In this document: one piece after another, positions 15,773 to 20,000 of the stretch
Numbering within the stretch: position 1 is the first letter of the stretch
How the letters are laid out: every line of letters starts with the position of its first letter
Virus record (IMG/VR): IMGVR_UViG_3300024179_000001
Strand: one strand, 5' to 3'
From: an uncultured virus (IMG/VR IMGVR_UViG_3300024179_000001)
Lineage: Duplodnaviria; Heunggongvirae; Uroviricota; Caudoviricetes
DNA: 20,000 bases
Notes under the pieces: generated by a model
Seen by the model: only the letters and a program-made list of their open reading frames with translations
What the model was told of the DNA's origin: nothing
Databases searched by the model: none
Position numbers and translations under genes: made by a program

Positions 15773-16080
15773 TGCCGAAGTGCACAAAAGTTGACTGCGG
15801 AAACAAGGCCACCAAGGCCCTGAAGTTGATTTTCCGCAATGTGGCTGACGGTCCAGCGGTGAGCGCTTACGTCGCGCTGGTCGTCTGCGACGAGATCCAC
15901 ATGCCGGAGGAAGAAGTCGTCGAGTTCTACACGATGAACTTCGAGACGCTGTGCCTGTGCATCGATCAAGTGGGAAAGATCAAGCCGAACCTTGCACTCA
16001 CGAGATTTGCGTGGGTTCCTATCGCCGACGCGGAAGCGGAATGGACGAAGGCGATCAATGAAGCGAGGGAGAAACTATGA
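15772..16080 (+). CDS. Hypothetical protein (102 aa), possibly metal-binding
   Basis: SD GGAGG at 15761-15765 and the TGATG overlap place the start at 15772, not 15688. C-x4-C near the N-terminus and C-x3-H later. Confidence 0.7.
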   Translation: MPKCTKVDCGNKATKALKLIFRNVADGPAVSAYVALVVCDEIHMPEEEVVEFYTMNFETLCLCIDQVGKIKPNLALTRFAWVPIADAEAEWTKAINEAREKL

Positions 16081-16958
16081 TTCCGGTTATCTGGCACCAC
16101 TCGGACGGTTTCTGGGACTGTGCGTTTCCGAAATATATTCTCGATCACGCCGCTCGCTGCATGCACGTCGTCGGCCTCGACAAAGCGCCGATGTTTCTCG
16201 GACAAGATACCGTAGTGGTGGTTGTGCCTGGTCGGCACTCGGATCATCTCGATCAGTACGCCAGTCTGCGCGGAGTCGCAAGCGATTTCAAGAAAGTGAT
16301 CTACATCATCATCGGCGACGAAGAGGGCGTCTTCCAAGTCCGTGCGCTCCACAATGAGAACGCAAAGATCTGGTGGTTCATGCCGCCGTTCAATCCGAAG
16401 CAGGAAGTGGACCGCGTGGCGCCGAACGGATGGCCGACAAATGCGATCGAGATGATCGGTGAGGCGAGAAAAGCGAGCCGGGGAATCCGCAGCTTCGACT
16501 GGAGCTTCATGGGACAGGTGACGCACCGGAGGCGTGAGGAATGCGTCGCTGCCGCGAAGGATATCCCCCGGGGCCACCTTCTGTGCACGACTGGCTTCAC
16601 GAAGGGAGACACGCGAGAAAATTATTACGACGTCATGGTGAGATCCCGCGCGGTCCTTTGTCCTTCGGGGCCCTGCACGCCGGACTCGTTCCGGCTTGCA
16701 GAGGCCCTCGAGGCCGGATGCATGCCGATTGTCGATGACGCGACTCCGAACCCGCTTTATCCTCCGGGCTACTGGAAATACGTCTTCGCGAATCATCCGA
16801 TCCCATTTCCACTGGTCACCGATTGGAAAAATCTTCCTTTCATACTTGAGTTCTGCCGGGATAACTGGGAGCAGCGCATCGGCGCGTGCCGCCTCTGGTG
16901 GAAGAGCCAGAAGGAACGGATGATCGCGGAGATGAAGGAGGATCTCAGTGAAAAATAA
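16077..16958 (+). CDS. Exostosin / GT47-like glycosyltransferase
   Basis: WSFMGQ...YYDVMVRSRAVLCPSG...DSFRLAEALEAGCMPIV matches the GT47/exostosin signature (S.FCLCP.G...S.R..EAL..GCIPV). ATGA-coupled to the upstream gene. Confidence 0.85.
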   Translation: MIPVIWHHSDGFWDCAFPKYILDHAARCMHVVGLDKAPMFLGQDTVVVVVPGRHSDHLDQYASLRGVASDFKKVIYIIIGDEEGVFQVRALHNENAKIWWFMPPFNPKQEVDRVAPNGWPTNAIEMIGEARKASRGIRSFDWSFMGQVTHRRREECVAAAKDIPRGHLLCTTGFTKGDTRENYYDVMVRSRAVLCPSGPCTPDSFRLAEALEAGCMPIVDDATPNPLYPPGYWKYVFANHPIPFPLVTDWKNLPFILEFCRDNWEQRIGACRLWWKSQKERMIAEMKEDLSEK

Positions 16959-17712
16959 AATCACCGTTCTGATCCCGACGTCGCCGATTCCCGCGCATCC
17001 CTCGACGGACGTAATCGAAAAGGCGATCAACTCCGTTCGCCAGCATCTGCCGGATGTCCGCATCATCATCATGGCCGACGGCGTCCGCAAAGAGCAGGAG
17101 CACTACCACGACCAGTATCTCGAATACATCAAGAACCTCGTGGGGAAGTCGATCTTCCACTGGAAAAATATAGCGCTGATGCCGTTCACGGAGTTCATGC
17201 ACCAGGCGGCAATGACGCGCAAAGCGCTCGAGATGGTGGAGACGCCGCAGATCCTGTTCGTCGAGCACGACACGTTTTTCCTCGACGGCCTGCCGATTGA
17301 TTTCGAGGGTATCTCGAGAGTGATCGAGAAAGGCCACGCGAACATGGTCGGCTTCCATTGTCAGTGGGAGCCATGGGTGATCCCGGAACACGAGCACCTG
17401 ATGCTCGACAAGGAGCGCGCATACTTCGATGGCGTGCCGATGATCAGGACGTGGCAATGGAGCCAGAGGCCGCACGTCGCTTCGGCTGAGTTCTACCGGA
17501 TGATCCTCAGAAACCTTTTCAGCAAGAATTGCCGGACGATGATCGAGGACCGCATGCACGACGTGGTGCTGGGGACTCGCTTCGCTCTCGGCGATGCAGG
17601 CTGGAAAGAATGGAAGCTGATGTACTATGCCCCAACCGAAGGCGGCACCATCCGCAGGACGTGGACCGTCGATGGCCGGGGCGCGGATCCAAAATTTCCG
17701 ATGGAGTTCTAA
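16948..17712 (+). CDS. GT-A fold (GT2-like) glycosyltransferase, paralog 1
   Basis: ITVLIPT N-terminal strand, IIIMADG, and LFVEHD at the DXD-equivalent position. GTG start after GGAGG. Confidence 0.75.
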   Translation: MKNKITVLIPTSPIPAHPSTDVIEKAINSVRQHLPDVRIIIMADGVRKEQEHYHDQYLEYIKNLVGKSIFHWKNIALMPFTEFMHQAAMTRKALEMVETPQILFVEHDTFFLDGLPIDFEGISRVIEKGHANMVGFHCQWEPWVIPEHEHLMLDKERAYFDGVPMIRTWQWSQRPHVASAEFYRMILRNLFSKNCRTMIEDRMHDVVLGTRFALGDAGWKEWKLMYYAPTEGGTIRRTWTVDGRGADPKFPMEF

Positions 17713-17713
17713 A

Positions 17714-18460
17714 ATGACGACAGTATCGATTGCCGAAGCAAATTTCGTGAACCGCACGATCAACGGGAAATATCGGGTGAAGATGCCGGCGTACCTCGCC
17801 GCGCATGATTCTTTCGATAACTGGGAGCGCGAGCGGTTCGACAGTATGGAGCAGAACCTGAAGCAGGGCGACGTCCTCTTCGACGTCGGCGCCGAGACGG
17901 GACACATCTCGGCGATCTACGCGCGGTTTGTGGGCCCAGAAAACATGGTGATGTTCGAGTCGAATCCGGACAACTGGCAGAACATCTACGCGACGTGGCA
18001 GGCCGAAGGCCTTGCGGATCCGCTTGCTACGTTCTGCGGCCTTGTCAGCGATCAGACGCAGGTCCCGAAGACCAACTACGATCCCGCGTACATGGGAGCG
18101 TGGCCACTACCAGCGCTAACTGGGAGGGTGTGGACGCCGCGATCCTACCGCTACCTCCACGAGCACGCGCACAACACCGCGCAGATCACCCTCGATGATT
18201 TCTCTGCAACGAAGAAGATTATTCCGAAGGCGATCACCATCGACGTCGAGGGTGCGGAGTTCGAGGTGCTGCTCGGTGCCCGGGAGCTACTCAAAAAATC
18301 GCGGCCGCTCGTCTGGGTGAGTATCCATCCGGATCTGATGCTCGCGCACTACAAGCACTCGGTGAAAGAAGTTCTGAGCCTGATGGCGCTGCTAAATTAC
18401 AGGGATACGTGGCTCGCCAGCGACCACGAGATCCACTATCTCTTCAGGCCGCTGCTATGA
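17714..18460 (+). CDS. FkbM-family SAM-dependent methyltransferase
   Basis: VLFDVGAETG (motif I), VMFESNP, ITLDDF and TIDVEGAEFEVLLGA. The start is ATG 17714 (GGAG at 17703-17706), just after the upstream stop, rather than 17627. Confidence 0.9.
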   Translation: MTTVSIAEANFVNRTINGKYRVKMPAYLAAHDSFDNWERERFDSMEQNLKQGDVLFDVGAETGHISAIYARFVGPENMVMFESNPDNWQNIYATWQAEGLADPLATFCGLVSDQTQVPKTNYDPAYMGAWPLPALTGRVWTPRSYRYLHEHAHNTAQITLDDFSATKKIIPKAITIDVEGAEFEVLLGARELLKKSRPLVWVSIHPDLMLAHYKHSVKEVLSLMALLNYRDTWLASDHEIHYLFRPLL

Positions 18461-19194
18461 ATCTGCACGACGACATCACGGTGGTGATCCCCACCAGCCC
18501 CATTCCCAGTTGCCCGACAACCACGCTGATCGAGCAGACGATCAACAGTATTCGCGTCCATCTTCCCGACGTCGACATCCTCATCCAGGCGGATGGAGTT
18601 CGTCCGGAGCAGGAAAAATTCCGCGAGCCCTACAGGCTCTATATCGAAAGACTCGAGAACATCTGCTCCGATCCGGACAATAACATCACGATGATCGAGT
18701 TTGAGGAGTTCCATCATCAGGCGGCGATGATGAAGCGGAGCATCGGAGAAATCGGAACTCCGTTTCTCTTCTACGTCGAGCACGATCTTCCACTACTTCC
18801 GGATCCGATAGACTTCGTCGGAATGGTCCGGTTGCTTCGCTCCGGCGCCCTCAACCAGATCCGTCTGCACTACTGGTCGCAGATCCTCGACGATCATAAA
18901 TACTTAATGCTCGACGAGAAGCCGCTGTTGATGGACGGCGTTCCGATTGTCCGTACTGTGCAGTGGTCACAGCATCCCCACGTCGCGCGTGTAGACTTCT
19001 ACCAGCGGCTGATGGACGCGTTCTCTCCGAACTGCCGGACAATGATAGAAACTAAAGTGTACGGGCTGGTGCAGTCGGCGCGCTGGGACGATTACCGTTG
19101 CGGGATCTATGCCCCGGAGCCGAATCTCCGCAGGATCTACCACACGCATGGAAGGGAGGAAGAGCCTAAATGGGAAGAGAACTTTACATTCTGA
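18457..19194 (+). CDS. GT-A fold (GT2-like) glycosyltransferase, paralog 2
   Basis: Colinear with 16948-17712 (IPTSPIP, HLPDV, ADGVR, HQAAM, VEHD, LMLD, QWSQ.PHVA, NCRTMIE). Start is the ATGA overlap at 18457. Confidence 0.75.
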   Translation: MNLHDDITVVIPTSPIPSCPTTTLIEQTINSIRVHLPDVDILIQADGVRPEQEKFREPYRLYIERLENICSDPDNNITMIEFEEFHHQAAMMKRSIGEIGTPFLFYVEHDLPLLPDPIDFVGMVRLLRSGALNQIRLHYWSQILDDHKYLMLDEKPLLMDGVPIVRTVQWSQHPHVARVDFYQRLMDAFSPNCRTMIETKVYGLVQSARWDDYRCGIYAPEPNLRRIYHTHGREEEPKWEENFTF

Positions 19195-19526
19195 GATCCA
19201 CGAAAGGTCAATTCCTTCCCGGATCTCAAATCAGATTAATTCACGGCGGGGACCGAAGAGGGAAAAGAACTTCGACCTATGTTAGTTGGGTCGAAATGAA
19301 AAAGCGTTGTCTCAATCCGAATTGCGTCCAGTACAAGTATTACGGCGGCCGTGGAATTAAGATTTGCGCGAGGTGGCTGAAGTCTTTCAAAAACTTTCTC
19401 GCCGACATGGGTCATCGACCAGTAGGAAAAACCTTGGACCGTATAAAGACGAATGGACATTACAGGCCCTCAAACTGCCGTTGGGCCACGCACACGCAAC
19501 AGGTGCGAGGTAGGAGAAAGCGGTAG
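19170..19526 (+). CDS. Free-standing phage HNH homing endonuclease (118 aa)
   Basis: TYVSWVEMKKRCLNPN, YGGRGIKICARW, FLADMG and TLDRIKTNGHYRPSNCRWAT. AT-richer than its flanks and overlaps the upstream GT by 25 nt. Confidence 0.9.
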   Translation: MGRELYILRSTKGQFLPGSQIRLIHGGDRRGKRTSTYVSWVEMKKRCLNPNCVQYKYYGGRGIKICARWLKSFKNFLADMGHRPVGKTLDRIKTNGHYRPSNCRWATHTQQVRGRRKR

Positions 19527-20000
19527 ATGCTCACCCCGATACAGTTCGCCGACATGCAGGAAGTCTGGATGCAGGTCATGGTCAAGCATCCTGAATTCAC
19601 TCAAGCGCACGATCCTTCCGGGAACTACCACTCGGTGCGGGAAATCGTTCTCGGCGGATCCACGGGCTGGGCCGGAGTCCACCGGAGATTCACGCCGACT
19701 CCCGGGATGCGCGTAATGGATGTTGGAGCGAATGCCGGAATCTGGTCGGCCTTCTGTGCGGTGAAGGGCGCGTACGTCGTGGCCTACGAACCTTTCGCAG
19801 CTCCGTACCTGCTCCTGACGATGATGATCGAGAAGACGAAACTCGAGAAGCGGATCACCGCGCTCAATGCCGTTGTGTGGCACAAGGATGGCTGGCTCCC
19901 TTATATCGGTAACATCACTTCGCTCGATGGCGCCTGCACCGTTTTCAACGGAGGACTCGAGACGGCCGGAGTTCCGTGGACGCGGTCAGACATCGTCAAC
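19527..20000 (+). CDS. Second FkbM-like SAM-dependent methyltransferase (partial, runs off the window)
   Basis: Translated by hand from ATG 19527 (AGGAG at 19512-19516): MLTPIQFADMQEVW...MRVMDVGANAGIWSAFCAVKGAYVVAYEP...NAVVW... The frame is open to base 20000. Not in the ORF track. Confidence 0.85.
   Translation, partial: MLTPIQFADMQEVWMQVMVKHPEFTQAHDPSGNYHSVREIVLGGSTGWAGVHRRFTPTPGMRVMDVGANAGIWSAFCAVKGAYVVAYEPFAAPYLLLTMMIEKTKLEKRITALNAVVWHKDGWLPYIGNITSLDGACTVFNGGLETAGVPWTRSDIVN

Noticed and set aside
15688..18456. Longer ORF-track starts at 15688, 17627 and 18409 (and 6720)
   Set aside because: Downstream ATGs at 15772, 17714, 18457 and 6735 have SD sequences and/or stop-start coupling. The three longer GT-operon starts would also overlap upstream genes extensively.
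19170..19526. HNH genes as group I intron ORFs
   Set aside because: The flanking genes look complete (GT paralog 2 ends like paralog 1), and there is no non-coding space for an intron core at either HNH.
1..20000. CRISPR array, tRNA/rRNA, transposase, integrase/att site, diversity-generating retroelement
   Set aside because: I saw no regularly spaced repeats, cloverleafs, or recombinase or reverse transcriptase motifs. A manual read could miss a diverged element.

Overview
This window is part of a tailed-phage (or prophage) genome with a podovirus-like late-gene layout, almost all on the + strand, at roughly 55-60% GC by eye. The host cannot be determined from the window. Positions 1-13335 are a virion module: the end of a tail-fibre-like gene, a small structural protein, a 1,511-aa tail nozzle/stabilisation-like protein enlarged by inserted beta-rich domains, a 197-aa virion protein, a GNAT-like protein, and three ejected (internal virion) protein-like genes. 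The largest of these (1,359 aa) ends in a domain with HhH-GPD DNA glycosylase-like motifs. It is overlapped tail-to-tail by a 56-aa antisense gene that is missing from the ORF track, and a hairpin-rich intergenic region follows. Positions 13701-20000 are a tightly coupled operon of apparently soluble sugar-modifying enzymes: a two-domain GT-B protein, a GT47/exostosin-like protein, two paralogous GT-A proteins and two FkbM-like methyltransferases. Two related free-standing HNH endonuclease genes are inserted, one per module. GATC is visibly over-represented outside the foreign-looking segments. I saw no rRNA, tRNA, CRISPR array or transposase. All family calls come from reading motifs by eye; no database search was run.
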